The notes below the pieces were generated by a model, which had not been told where the DNA came from, did no database searches, and worked only from the letters and a program-made list of their open reading frames with translations. Below, piece by piece: positions 55,251 to 64,000 of a DNA stretch of 64,000 bases. Source of the DNA: Thermodesulfovibrionales bacterium (GTDB taxonomy: Bacteria; Nitrospirota; Thermodesulfovibrionia; Thermodesulfovibrionales; UBA9159). The stretch is from contig DASRZP010000053.1 in NCBI GenBank assembly GCA_035686305.1, forward strand, positions 3,583 to 67,582. Direction: 5' to 3'. The position numbers were made by a program, and so were the translations under genes. Position 1 is the stretch's first letter, and each line of letters opens with the position of its first letter.

Positions 55251-55280
55251 TTGACAACAGAAACGCTTTTTTCGTACAAT
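55251..55280 (+). promoter_or_regulatory. Sigma-70-type promoter upstream of the Rieske/cytochrome b operon
   Basis: TTGACA (55251-55256), an 18-nt spacer, then TACAAT (55275-55280). The ATG is at 55325. Confidence 0.5.
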
Positions 55281-55324
55281 GCTAGAAATAAATAATAAGA
55301 CTGTCTTTCCGGTAACGAGGTGCG

Positions 55325-55735
55325 ATGAAGAGACGGAATTTCCTGCAGGCGTTACTAGCCTTGCTCGGTTCGATTTCCTTTGCCTCTTTTGTTTATCCCC
55401 TGGTACGGTTCCTCGCTCCTCCGAGCGCAGAAGCAAAAGCCAGAAAAGTGACTCTCCAGAAAAACGAGGTCCCTGTCGGAGGCGCTAAGAACATCGTAGT
55501 CAACAATTCCCCTGCCATTGTCATTAACAGAGCGGGTAAGGGGTTTATCGCCTTCTCGAAGGTCTGCACCCATCTCGGGTGTCTCGTCGAATATGATAAA
55601 GACAACAACAGGTTGGTCTGCCCCTGTCATGCGGGAATATACGACCTTGAAGGTAATGTCCTCTCCGGTCCTCCGCCGAAACCTCTGCCGAAGCTTCCTC
55701 TGAGAGTGGAAGGCGACAATATTGTAATAGGGTAG
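55325..55735 (+). CDS. Rieske [2Fe-2S] protein with Tat-type signal
   Basis: MKRRNFLQALLAL, plus Rieske boxes CTHLGC and CPCHAG. Confidence 0.9.
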   Translation: MKRRNFLQALLALLGSISFASFVYPLVRFLAPPSAEAKARKVTLQKNEVPVGGAKNIVVNNSPAIVINRAGKGFIAFSKVCTHLGCLVEYDKDNNRLVCPCHAGIYDLEGNVLSGPPPKPLPKLPLRVEGDNIVIG

Positions 55736-55740
55736 GAGAT

Positions 55741-56835
55741 ATGCTCGACAAAGTAAGGAATTGGTTAGAAGTGAGGATAGGTCTCGACGATATCGTGAAG
55801 ACCCAGCTTACGGAAAACAGGGTTCCGAAGAATATCAATGTCTTCTATACCCTCGGCGTTGTCGCCCTTGTCGGATATGTCATTCAGGTAATTTCCGGTA
55901 TCTTCCTCCTCATCTATTATATCCCCCATCCTGAACATGCGTTCAGAAGCGTTCAGGATATTATGAGCAGAGTTCCTTACGGCTGGCTTTTCAGGCAGAT
56001 GCATGTCGTCGGCAGCAACCTTATGATAGCCGCCGTCTTCCTCCATATGATCACCGTCTTTCTCATGGGAAACTACAAGAGGCCGAGGGAACTGACATGG
56101 GTCGGTGGAGGATTGATGCTTCTCGTGACGCTTATATTCGGCCTGAGCGGCTATCTCCTCCCATGGACGCAGTTGAGTTATTGGGCCACAACGGTTGTTA
56201 CCTCCATGCCGACAGCCTTTCCCCTGGTGGGCGACTTTATTGCCCAGGTGTTGCGAGGCGGCGACCATGTGACGGGTACCACGCTGAGCAGGTTTTTTGC
56301 GCTCCATATCGCGATCCTGCCTCCGATATTCCTCTCTCTCTTGGCGCTGCATGTATTCCTTATAAAACGCATCGGTATTTCTGCGACCCCCTTCGGCTTC
56401 TCGGACGAAGAGAGGAGGCCGTTGACTGAATACATCAAGAAGACCCATCCCGACGGCTATCCTTTCTATCCTTATTTGTTTCAGAAGGAAGTCATGATGG
56501 TCATGTTCTATATCGCCGTCATGTTCTTTGCGATCAGCTTTATGCCGACCTTATTCCTGCCCGAAGAGGCCAATACTCCTGCTGACCCTCTCATGACGCC
56601 TGCTCAGATAAGGCCTGAGTGGTATTTCCTCGGACCCTACGAGATGCTGAAACTGGTGCCGAATAAATTTCTCGGTATCAGTATACAGATAATCCTCGTC
56701 GGTATTTTCCTCTTGTGGCCTTTCTTCGACACACAGAAGGAAAAGAATATTCTGAAGAGACCGTTGTTGCGGGGTGTGTTTATCTTTCTCATGGCTCTCT
56801 GGATTGTGCTCATGTTCCTGGGGAGGCGCTCATGA
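55741..56835 (+). CDS. Cytochrome b (fused b6 / subunit IV type)
   Basis: Helix B has H-x13-H (MHVVGSNLMIAAVFLH) and helix D has H-x14-H (LHIAILPPIFLSLLALH). The C-terminal subunit-IV-like part includes PEWYFL. Confidence 0.9.
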   Translation: MLDKVRNWLEVRIGLDDIVKTQLTENRVPKNINVFYTLGVVALVGYVIQVISGIFLLIYYIPHPEHAFRSVQDIMSRVPYGWLFRQMHVVGSNLMIAAVFLHMITVFLMGNYKRPRELTWVGGGLMLLVTLIFGLSGYLLPWTQLSYWATTVVTSMPTAFPLVGDFIAQVLRGGDHVTGTTLSRFFALHIAILPPIFLSLLALHVFLIKRIGISATPFGFSDEERRPLTEYIKKTHPDGYPFYPYLFQKEVMMVMFYIAVMFFAISFMPTLFLPEEANTPADPLMTPAQIRPEWYFLGPYEMLKLVPNKFLGISIQIILVGIFLLWPFFDTQKEKNILKRPLLRGVFIFLMALWIVLMFLGRRS

Positions 56836-57692
56836 GCAGGAAATACCTGTTGCTGCTGACAGTGCTCATTGTCTTTATTCTGCCTTCATTCGCTCCTGGA
56901 GGGTATAAAGAGGAATTTGAGAAAGAGTTCATGTCAAAGCCCTGGGCAGGCGAGCAGGCCGAGGAGGACGTCTGCATAGAATGTCACAGCTCTGATAAGA
57001 TGAAGCCGGCCTTCCGGACCATCACGGAAGAATGGAGGGCGAGCTGGCACGCTCAGAATAAAGTGTCATGTCACGACTGTCACGGCGGAGACTCAAAAGA
57101 TGCAACAATGGCGATGTCCCGTCAGAGGGGCTTTGTCGGGAGTCCGAAGTATGTTGAAATTCCTGAGTTCTGCGGCAAGTGTCATATCGGCATTTACTGG
57201 AACTATCTCGACAGCGGCCATGGGAAGGCGTTGAAGTCCTCGGTTAAGGGACCGAACTGCACGACCTGTCACGGTTCCCATAATATTCAGAAGGCGAGCA
57301 TTGATATTATCAATGAGCAGCGTTGTTCAAAATGCCATTCCTACGAGCGCGCGAAGACCATGAAGCAGGCCCTCTTCCTCACGGAGAAGAAGATCGGAGA
57401 GTTGGAGAGCAGTTTCAGGAGATTGAGGGCTGAAGGCGTATTTGATGAGGATGATGAAAGGGCGCTTTTCAGTACCCAGGCAGAGTTTCGGGCAATCTTC
57501 CACACCGTGGACGTCTCCCTTGTCAAAGACAGGACAGATGACTTTACAAAGAAGTTAAACGTCCTCGAAAAGGGGGTGCAGGACACCTTTAAGGAACTCC
57601 GTTTCAGGAAGAATTTCTCTGCCTTCATCATGCTTCTCTTCGCTGCTATGGGCATCGTGGTGTTCGCTCTCACAAAGACTCCCAAGGAGTGA
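56832..57692 (+). CDS. Pentaheme c-type cytochrome with C-terminal membrane anchor
   Basis: ATGA overlap with cytochrome b. Signal peptide, then CIECH, CHDCH, CGKCH, CTTCH and CSKCH. C-terminal TM helix AFIMLLFAAMGIVVFAL. Confidence 0.88.
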   Translation: MSRKYLLLLTVLIVFILPSFAPGGYKEEFEKEFMSKPWAGEQAEEDVCIECHSSDKMKPAFRTITEEWRASWHAQNKVSCHDCHGGDSKDATMAMSRQRGFVGSPKYVEIPEFCGKCHIGIYWNYLDSGHGKALKSSVKGPNCTTCHGSHNIQKASIDIINEQRCSKCHSYERAKTMKQALFLTEKKIGELESSFRRLRAEGVFDEDDERALFSTQAEFRAIFHTVDVSLVKDRTDDFTKKLNVLEKGVQDTFKELRFRKNFSAFIMLLFAAMGIVVFALTKTPKE

Positions 57693-57889
57693 TCAGAGTA
57701 TTTCGGGGATTTTCTCCCCGGCGGAGAATGGCATAGATTTTCTTATGTCTAAGTTCCTTCCTTTGTTCATGTGATGAATTCCCCCGAGGACATGGGCATG
57801 GTCCTCTCTCTTCATCCCTCTTGCAACCATAATAATCATTGAATTGAGGCATCTAAGGCCGTTAGAATATCAGAGGGAGGGTTGGTTGC

Positions 57890-59095
57890 ATGAGCACTAC
57901 GATTCGCATAGTCCCCTGCACCCCGGATGAAGTCTTCGTCCCGGTAGACCAATCCAGCTTCGTTGACGGCTTGAGGATCCCCTTCGACGTCTTCGCAAAG
58001 GATAGAAACATCATAAAGTTCCTCTTTTCGAAGAACACGGTCTTCTGCGACATAGCGAGAGAGATCCTGGCCATGCAGTCCCTCACGGAGTTCTTTATCA
58101 AAGAGCGGGACCTGGCGGATTACCACAACTTCCGGAAAATGGCAAAGGTAATCAGGGAAGACAGGGGGCAGCGCGTGCTCTTCGAGGACTACTCCTATCA
58201 TAAGGAGAGAAGCTTCATCCTGAGAAGGGACCTTATTACGGCGGACGTGGCAACCAAGCTGAGGATCGGCATCCTGAAGTTCCCCACCTTCGGTGAGATT
58301 CCTCTCATAGAAGACCTGACTGGTGAATTGATCGTGAAGAAAATAAAAGACCTTGAATACGACATTGTAATACCGGTTTCAAAGCTCGATGCCTATGAGA
58401 CCTATCTCTCGGGACTCAGAGAAGACCCTGTTTTTGAAAAACACTTTCTCATGAGGGAACTCCTGAAGATCAAAACGCAAAGACTTTTCAGCGACGTGTC
58501 GAATGATGACTACCTCGACGACCTGATAGAGGCGACGATAGAGATGTCTCAATTCATCATTGACCACAAACATCTGGTCGTACAAATGACCTGCTCCCAC
58601 CTCTACGACTTCTATCTCTATGTCCATTCGGTAAATGTGATGCTTCTCTCTGCTGTCCTCGGTTCTAATCTCGGCATCCCCAGGGACGAGATAACGCCTC
58701 TTTCCATTGGTGCCATACTCCACGATATCGGGAAAACGACAATCGCGAATGATCTTCTTGACAAGGCCGGCAATCTCTCCAGCGAAGAGCATTCCATCTA
58801 CCAGGGTTACGCCCTCAAAAGCGTGGAGATCCTCAACGGCATGAAGAAAGTTCCCGCAGAAGCCATCGAGATAGCGAAGTTCCACCAGGGGAAACTTACA
58901 GGTTCCGGAATCACGGACAACAGGGCTCCTCTCATTGCAAGGATCGTAGGGCTCACGAACGCCTATGACACGATGGTGTCGAACAAGATCAAGTCACCGA
59001 AGAAGAAGGCCTTTGAGGCCCTTGACATTCTCAGGCAGGAAAAAAACCATTATGATGAGATGGTCATGGAGACCTTTATCCGGATCTTTTCATAG
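57890..59095 (+). CDS. HD-domain protein of the HD-GYP type with degenerate GYP motif
   Basis: HSVNVMLL...AILHDIGK (HD). Where HD-GYP proteins have HHE.xDGSGYP, this protein has FHQGKLTGSGIT. The N-terminal ~190 aa is uncharacterised. Confidence 0.7.
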   Translation: MSTTIRIVPCTPDEVFVPVDQSSFVDGLRIPFDVFAKDRNIIKFLFSKNTVFCDIAREILAMQSLTEFFIKERDLADYHNFRKMAKVIREDRGQRVLFEDYSYHKERSFILRRDLITADVATKLRIGILKFPTFGEIPLIEDLTGELIVKKIKDLEYDIVIPVSKLDAYETYLSGLREDPVFEKHFLMRELLKIKTQRLFSDVSNDDYLDDLIEATIEMSQFIIDHKHLVVQMTCSHLYDFYLYVHSVNVMLLSAVLGSNLGIPRDEITPLSIGAILHDIGKTTIANDLLDKAGNLSSEEHSIYQGYALKSVEILNGMKKVPAEAIEIAKFHQGKLTGSGITDNRAPLIARIVGLTNAYDTMVSNKIKSPKKKAFEALDILRQEKNHYDEMVMETFIRIFS

Positions 59096-59171
59096 GAATT
59101 GCGCTCACGACGGTAGCCCCTCTTGAGAACTCTAAGGACAATGCCGGGGAACTATTTGCCTCGTATTACTC

Positions 59172-60419
59172 CTACACCTGGGTTGACGATACGCCGTATC
59201 CTTTTTGTTCTCTGGTGGCGAATCTCAGCTTGCCGGTATAAATCGGGATGGCAAACTTGAGCAACAGCGTATAGATAAGTGCGCCTGTGGCCCATATGCC
59301 GATTGCCACGAGAATTTCCGGGGTCGTGGGAGAATACTCATAGATCTCTCCGAGGGTATCAGGGACAAAGCCGGGTACCACGAGACCCATGCCCTTCTCG
59401 ATATACACCCCTGTGATAACAAAGATACATGCCATATTGAGTGTCGTGAAGTTCTCCCTGGTCTTCGGGAGGAGGAAGAGGAGGAATGCCGTGATATTCA
59501 ATACCGAGGCGAACCATATCCACGGCACAAGACGAACCTTTCCGTGAAGGCCGAAATAGAGGTATTTGATCGGGTAGGAGTGGATGCTTCCTGAATAGAA
59601 CTCCTTGAAGACCTCTGCGCCGAGGAGGAAAAGGTTAATGGCCATTGCGTAGGCGATCAATTCGGCGATCTTGAAGATTGCCCGGTTGTCGATCTCGACT
59701 TCAGAGAGTTTTCTGATGATCTGAAAGAGAATGATCATCAGGGCAGGTCCCGAACAGAAGGCCGATGCAAGAAAGCGTGGTGCAAGGATCGAAGCATTCC
59801 AGAAGGGCCTGGCCGAAAGGCCGTTGTAAAGAAAAGCCGTTACCGTATGTATGCTGACTGCCCAGGGGATGGAGAGTATGATGAGAGGCCCGATGACGGA
59901 CATCTTATACTCCTTCCCGATGGAAAGCCTGTAAAGGACATAAAAAGATATCAGCGTATTGATCGCAAGGTATCCGTTCAGAACCAGCACGTCCCAGGCG
60001 AGAAGCGATACCGGGAAGTTCATGGTGCCGATCACCGGCAGGATGTGCCATACCCTGAGAGGCTGGCCCATATCGACAAGGATAAAGAGTATGCACATCG
60101 TTATCGCCGTTATTGCCAGCAATTCTCCGAAGAGCACGATCTCCTTTATCGGCTTGAAATTATAGACATAGGCGGGGACTACGAGCAGGACGGCTGCTGC
60201 AGCAACGCCCACGAGGAACGTGAAATTCGATATATAGTACCCCCATGAGACCTGGTCCCTCATCGCAGTCATGATGAGTCCCCTGTTGATCTGGTCGATA
60301 TAGGCGCTCAATCCGAGGATGATGAAGATCGAAAGGAAGCCTATCCAGAGGTAGTACTTTGTTCCGCCTATAAAGACCTGTTTCAGGGCGATGAAGAAAT
60401 TCTTTATGATGTGAGCCAT
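59172..60419 (-). CDS. NrfD/PsrC-family integral membrane quinone-interacting subunit
   Basis: 415 aa with about 10 TM helices. Follows an FeS subunit with a 12-nt gap and a GGAGGG SD. Confidence 0.82.
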   Translation of the reverse strand: MAHIIKNFFIALKQVFIGGTKYYLWIGFLSIFIILGLSAYIDQINRGLIMTAMRDQVSWGYYISNFTFLVGVAAAAVLLVVPAYVYNFKPIKEIVLFGELLAITAITMCILFILVDMGQPLRVWHILPVIGTMNFPVSLLAWDVLVLNGYLAINTLISFYVLYRLSIGKEYKMSVIGPLIILSIPWAVSIHTVTAFLYNGLSARPFWNASILAPRFLASAFCSGPALMIILFQIIRKLSEVEIDNRAIFKIAELIAYAMAINLFLLGAEVFKEFYSGSIHSYPIKYLYFGLHGKVRLVPWIWFASVLNITAFLLFLLPKTRENFTTLNMACIFVITGVYIEKGMGLVVPGFVPDTLGEIYEYSPTTPEILVAIGIWATGALIYTLLLKFAIPIYTGKLRFATREQKGYGVSSTQV

Positions 60420-60431
60420 GGACGGTCCCTC

Positions 60432-61364
60432 CTATACTCCATATGCGAAGAAGTAATAAAATTTGGGATTTGTATTGAGATCCTCTTTGAGGCGGAAAAC
60501 CCTTTTGTTCTCGATGGCGTACCTGATCTCGCTCTTGGGATCAAGGAGGTTTCCGAATTTCCTTGCGCCCACGGGACAAGCCTCCACGCAGGCAGGGTAC
60601 CTCCCGTTCCTTGACCGTTGAATGCAGAAGGTGCATTTTTCGACCACTCCCTTGTAACGCGGGCGGTTTCCGAGATAGTGCGTTTTCGGATTGATCTCCT
60701 CGGTCTTCCTGCTGGGCTCCCCCCAGTTGAAGCGGCGTGCACCATAAGGACATGCTGCCATGCAGTATCTGCAGCCGATACACCAGTTATAGTCCACCAC
60801 GACGATGCCGTCGGGTTCCTTCCAGGTCGCCTGTGTAGGACAGGCCTTGACGCAAGGAGGATTCTCGCACTGTTGACATTGGACGGGCATGTAGAAATAC
60901 CCCGGCTCCGGCACCTGAGAAGGGCTGTAGTATTTTTCTGATTCTTCAAGGTCGACCCATTTATTACCCTTCTTGAATCTCAACACCGTTATCCAGTGGA
61001 TCTGAGGGTCTTTGGATTGGTTATTCTCCTCAACGCAGCCGTAAACGCAGCGTCTGCAGCCGATGCACCTTGACAGGTCGAGACCGTATCCAAACAAGAC
61101 TCCAGGGAGAGCCTTCTCGTTGCCTATCGAAATCGCCTTCTTGTACTTCTGCTCATACTCTCTTTCAAGGCGCTCTATGACCTTCTTTATCTCAGTTTCG
61201 TTCATTTCCCTGAAGTGTTTCTGGAAAAAGGCCTCCCAGAAAGAAGCGTCTGCCTTATCGAGCGGAAGCATTGTGCCTGCCAGTCCAACTGCAGCACCCT
61301 TCAAAAAGGTGCGACGGTTTATCGTCATCTCTCTCTTATCTCCACTCATGCTCTCTTTCATCAA
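60432..61364 (-). CDS. Tat-exported 4x[4Fe-4S] ferredoxin-type subunit (NrfC/PsrB/DsrO-like)
   Basis: Tat motif INRRTFLKGAAVGLAG. Cluster motifs CIGCRRCVYGC, CQQCENPPCVKAC, CIGCRYCMAAC, and CTFC...CVEAC. Confidence 0.88.
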   Translation of the reverse strand: MMKESMSGDKREMTINRRTFLKGAAVGLAGTMLPLDKADASFWEAFFQKHFREMNETEIKKVIERLEREYEQKYKKAISIGNEKALPGVLFGYGLDLSRCIGCRRCVYGCVEENNQSKDPQIHWITVLRFKKGNKWVDLEESEKYYSPSQVPEPGYFYMPVQCQQCENPPCVKACPTQATWKEPDGIVVVDYNWCIGCRYCMAACPYGARRFNWGEPSRKTEEINPKTHYLGNRPRYKGVVEKCTFCIQRSRNGRYPACVEACPVGARKFGNLLDPKSEIRYAIENKRVFRLKEDLNTNPKFYYFFAYGV

Positions 61365-61373
61365 ACACCTCTA

Positions 61374-61889
61374 CTATTTGATATCATACGGTGATGTTGG
61401 GGGAGGCAAAGGCTGGATCGGCTTAAACCTCGGATCATGGGGCCAGTGACAGTGGACGCAGAGGCGGTACTGTTTTTCTCCGTTCCACATTCCTGTTCTC
61501 TTGCCATGGAGACCGGCCTTCCATTCACGCAGTATTACGCCGTGACACTGACCGCAGAGGTTGTACGATTCCTCGAACCGAACGATCGTCCCATTGGCGA
61601 GTCGCAACGTATCCCTGTTATCGGGATTATGGCAGTCAAAGCACCATCCGCCGGGCATATGGTTGAGGATGATATCCTGATGCATCCCCTCGAGCTTTCT
61701 CGGCTTTCTGTTTACCGGCATACCCTGATGACATTGTGAGCAGGGGAATATCCCCTCGCTAAAAGGCGGGGGAGGGACAAAAAATTTCTTCGGGATGTCC
61801 TGTTCCGTGGTTTCAGCGAAGGAGAACGAAAAAGGAAGGCAGAAACAAGAGACCATAAGGATAAAGAAGACCGTCTTGGTATGTTTCAT
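61374..61889 (-). CDS. Tetraheme c-type cytochrome (c3-family-like)
   Basis: Signal peptide MKHTKTVFFILMVSCFCLPFSFSFA, then CSQCH, CFDCH, CGQCH and CVHCH. The ORF is open to 61931. Confidence 0.85.
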   Translation of the reverse strand: MKHTKTVFFILMVSCFCLPFSFSFAETTEQDIPKKFFVPPPPFSEGIFPCSQCHQGMPVNRKPRKLEGMHQDIILNHMPGGWCFDCHNPDNRDTLRLANGTIVRFEESYNLCGQCHGVILREWKAGLHGKRTGMWNGEKQYRLCVHCHWPHDPRFKPIQPLPPPTSPYDIK

Positions 61890-62011
61890 GTTTACCCTGT
61901 ACTCCCCGTTAGGATTTTTTACTGCTGCCACACTCTCTTTTATTTTATATACTAATCTCTTCTTTCATGCCATTGCAAGCATTTATCCACCTTGCCCGTA
62001 AAAAAGAGAGG

Positions 62012-63265
62012 CTAATGCGATTCCTTAAGATTGAACACAGGAAATATCTTCGTGATGAAGTAGAAGAGTACGAAGGGCATGATGAAGATGGCGAGCGCTC
62101 CGAAAAAGCCTTCCTTCAGGGTCTCCCAGTTATGGGGGATGATCGGAAGATGATAGTGCATGTAACCCGCAAAGGTCAGAGAGAATGCCTGACCTCCAAT
62201 AACAACATTGTACCTCATCATGAAGACACCGAAAAGGACGAGGGCAACACCGATGACCGTCCTTCTTATGGTCAACCCCGGCGTCAGGAAAAGGATAAGG
62301 GGAATAAGATTGCCGCAGGTGTACTGGAGAATGAAGATATTGGTGAAGTCCCTGCCGTAGATGACGCTCCTGAGAACATCCCACGATTTCACCGCGGTGT
62401 AACCCCGGAAGATGAGGTCGAGGAGTTCAAGGCTTATGGCAAAAACCAGGAACAGGAGCAAGTACTTTGCCGTCATTTTGACGACGTTGATCTCGACACT
62501 CTTCAACTCTTCCTTGGACTGGTATATCTGGTAAGCGGTCTTCTTCCGCGTAGCGAGTATTTTTCTGATTTCCATCGTGACGATGTAGGTGAGGAGGCAG
62601 AGGGCGATACCTGAGACGACTGCGGACATGATGAAGATGACCGGCATGAGGGGTGTCATCCAGAGAGCGTTCGCCTTGACCGAGCCGAAGATGAACCCTG
62701 CATAGCCGTGGAGGAAACAGGCAACGGGGATCCCGAGCCCTGCAAGAACCTTGATCGTCTTTTCGTCTTTGTGGAGGGCTTCCTCGCTGATATCAAAGAC
62801 TCCAAGGGTCAATGCCGTGTAAATGAGATATTGGATCTTCTCAGAAAGACGCTTGTCCTGCTTTTTTCTGAGGGATAAGGACATCTCCACAAAGCGCTTC
62901 CGGTAGAGGAACCAGAGTTCGGACGCAACGATCGCTCCATAGGTGAAAAAAACGATACCAAAGGCGGCGATGGCAGAGGTGAAATGGGGGGTCATCATGA
63001 CATTGATGCCCCTCGTAGGAAACTGGAGATGCAAGACGATGGGCATGGGGGCGGCAAAGAGCAGCGCAAAGGAGAAGACGAGGGCAAACCGAGCTATCTC
63101 TTTCAATTGCTTCACTCCAAAGACATGGTAAAGGGATGAGAGGACAAAGGCCCCAGCGACGAGACCTGTCATAAAAGGGTACATGACGATCTGGATGCTC
63201 CAGTAGATATATTCATTCGGTAAGACAAATAACTCCTTCAGGGTCCATGCTTCTCCGTGAACCAT
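62012..63265 (-). CDS. NrfD/PsrC-family integral membrane subunit (second copy)
   Basis: About 10 TM helices. Preferred start is ATG 63265, with GGAGG 9 nt upstream and 1 nt after the upstream TAA. The ORF is open to 63283. Confidence 0.8.
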   Translation of the reverse strand: MVHGEAWTLKELFVLPNEYIYWSIQIVMYPFMTGLVAGAFVLSSLYHVFGVKQLKEIARFALVFSFALLFAAPMPIVLHLQFPTRGINVMMTPHFTSAIAAFGIVFFTYGAIVASELWFLYRKRFVEMSLSLRKKQDKRLSEKIQYLIYTALTLGVFDISEEALHKDEKTIKVLAGLGIPVACFLHGYAGFIFGSVKANALWMTPLMPVIFIMSAVVSGIALCLLTYIVTMEIRKILATRKKTAYQIYQSKEELKSVEINVVKMTAKYLLLFLVFAISLELLDLIFRGYTAVKSWDVLRSVIYGRDFTNIFILQYTCGNLIPLILFLTPGLTIRRTVIGVALVLFGVFMMRYNVVIGGQAFSLTFAGYMHYHLPIIPHNWETLKEGFFGALAIFIMPFVLFYFITKIFPVFNLKESH

Positions 63266-63266
63266 C

Positions 63267-64000
63267 TTATCGTACCTCCTCATCCAAACCGACGTAGTAA
63301 ACCTGCGGTTTTGTTCCGTATTCGCTCTTTAAGACCCCGACCCTTTCCGTCTTAATCGTCTTGGCCACGGGATCATTGGGGTCCATGATATTGCCGACCA
63401 TCCTCGCGCCGAAGGGACATGCCTCGACGCAGGCGGTCTTCATGCCCTTATAGAGGCGGTGGACGCAGAAGGTGCATTTCTCGGCCGTATGGTAGACGGG
63501 ATGGAAGAATCTCACTCCGTAAGGGCAGGCCATGATACAGTATCCGCAGCCGATGCACCATGTACGGTCAACGAGCACGATGCCATCCGGTCGCTGATAC
63601 GTGGCGCCCACAGGACAGACCTGAACACAGGGCGGGTTTTCACACTGATTGCAGAGTTTCGGCACAAAGAAGGCCTTGTTGATATCTTCTTTCTTGATAT
63701 CCTGGAAACCCGCTATACCGAGGTCGATCTTGCTCGTGGTGAAGCCGTCCCTTGCCCCCTTGGGAGAGTCGGCAAAGAGCTTTCCCTCTTTCGTCAGCAC
63801 ATATCTCTCGACCCAGGTCCTCGTGACGTTGGCGTCATAGGGTATCTCATTTTCGTTCTTGCATGCCTTCACGCACATGCCGCAGCCGACGCATTTGTAC
63901 GTGTCCACCAGGAAGACCCACCTCACCTTTGGTTTGTCGCCTTTTGCGGCAAGGATCTCCTTCGGGTCCATGATTTCGAGTGCCGCCAGGGGCAGGGTCA
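63267..64000 (-). CDS. 4x[4Fe-4S] ferredoxin-type subunit (second copy; 5' end probably outside window)
   Basis: CVGCGMCVKAC, CNQCENPPCVQVC, CIGCGYCIMAC, and CTFC...CVEAC. The frame stays open upstream of ATG 63971 to the window edge (TLPLAALEIM...), resembling the GTMLPL part of the paralogue's Tat leader. Confidence 0.8.
   Translation of the reverse strand, partial: TLPLAALEIMDPKEILAAKGDKPKVRWVFLVDTYKCVGCGMCVKACKNENEIPYDANVTRTWVERYVLTKEGKLFADSPKGARDGFTTSKIDLGIAGFQDIKKEDINKAFFVPKLCNQCENPPCVQVCPVGATYQRPDGIVLVDRTWCIGCGYCIMACPYGVRFFHPVYHTAEKCTFCVHRLYKGMKTACVEACPFGARMVGNIMDPNDPVAKTIKTERVGVLKSEYGTKPQVYYVGLDEEVR

Noticed and set aside
57729-57744. TGGCAT-N5-TTCT upstream of the HD-GYP-like gene.
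   Set aside because: The -12 element reads TTCT instead of TTGC. A single partial match is not sufficient.
1-64000. Search for CRISPR arrays, tRNA, tmRNA or rRNA genes, integrases and classical defence-system genes.
   Set aside because: No regularly spaced direct repeats, no GGTTCGAATCC-type T-arms in a cloverleaf context, no rRNA-like stretches and no integrase, Cas, restriction or toxin-antitoxin signatures were seen by eye. Absence should be confirmed with tRNAscan-SE, Infernal and defence-finder tools.

Overview
This is a 64-kb bacterial chromosomal window with about 70 protein-coding genes. I found no rRNA, tRNA or CRISPR array by eye.

Layout:
- 0-29 kb, housekeeping core: rpmA(3' end)-obg-proB; clpC, ndk-like and mdh; fabG-acpP-fabF-rnc; a K+ channel; a class III cyclase operon; crcB plus tandem DUF190; an MFS transporter; two orphan Dpp/Opp-type permeases; a DksA-like protein; pepA; moeA; a sigma-54 activator.
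- About 29.4-33.8 kb, an AT-richer (by eye) accessory patch: a GATase, a tiny diheme cytochrome c, a TusE/DsrC-like protein, a dead IS200-type tnpA remnant abutting a truncated PAS sensor, and decayed coding remnants.
- 33.8-37.8 kb: a tungstate (Tup) uptake locus with a Mop-less ModE-like regulator.
- 37.9-39.5 kb: a RuBisCO-like protein (form IV) plus a cupin.
- 39.8-54.4 kb, metal/metalloid block: ArsM-like methyltransferase, ArsR, a TolC-MFP-RND set, DUF2892, a zinc ribbon, a Met-rich FixH-like protein, and CusCBA.
- 55.3-64 kb, respiratory block: Rieske/cytochrome b/pentaheme c, followed by tandem (cytochrome c)-FeS-NrfD modules.

Strongest non-obvious observations:
1. The ArsM-like gene has an in-frame TGA exactly where ArsM homologues carry an As(III)-binding Cys. 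The reading frame continues for 74 codons and a hairpin follows the TGA, so this is a probable selenocysteine-containing ArsM.
2. An RLP-cupin pair recalls the MTA-isoprenoid shunt.
3. The ModE-like HTH lacks a Mop domain and is translationally coupled to a signal-peptide-less TupA paralogue.
4. A DksA carries a roughly 110-aa lysine-rich, histone-H1-like N-terminal tail.
5. A 43-residue (mature) diheme cytochrome sits next to a single-Cys TusE/DsrC-like protein.

Taxonomy cannot be determined from this window alone. The gene content (multiheme cytochromes, NrfD/FeS modules, tungstate uptake, probable Sec use) suggests an anaerobe of the Desulfobacterota or Nitrospirota type; this is inference only.
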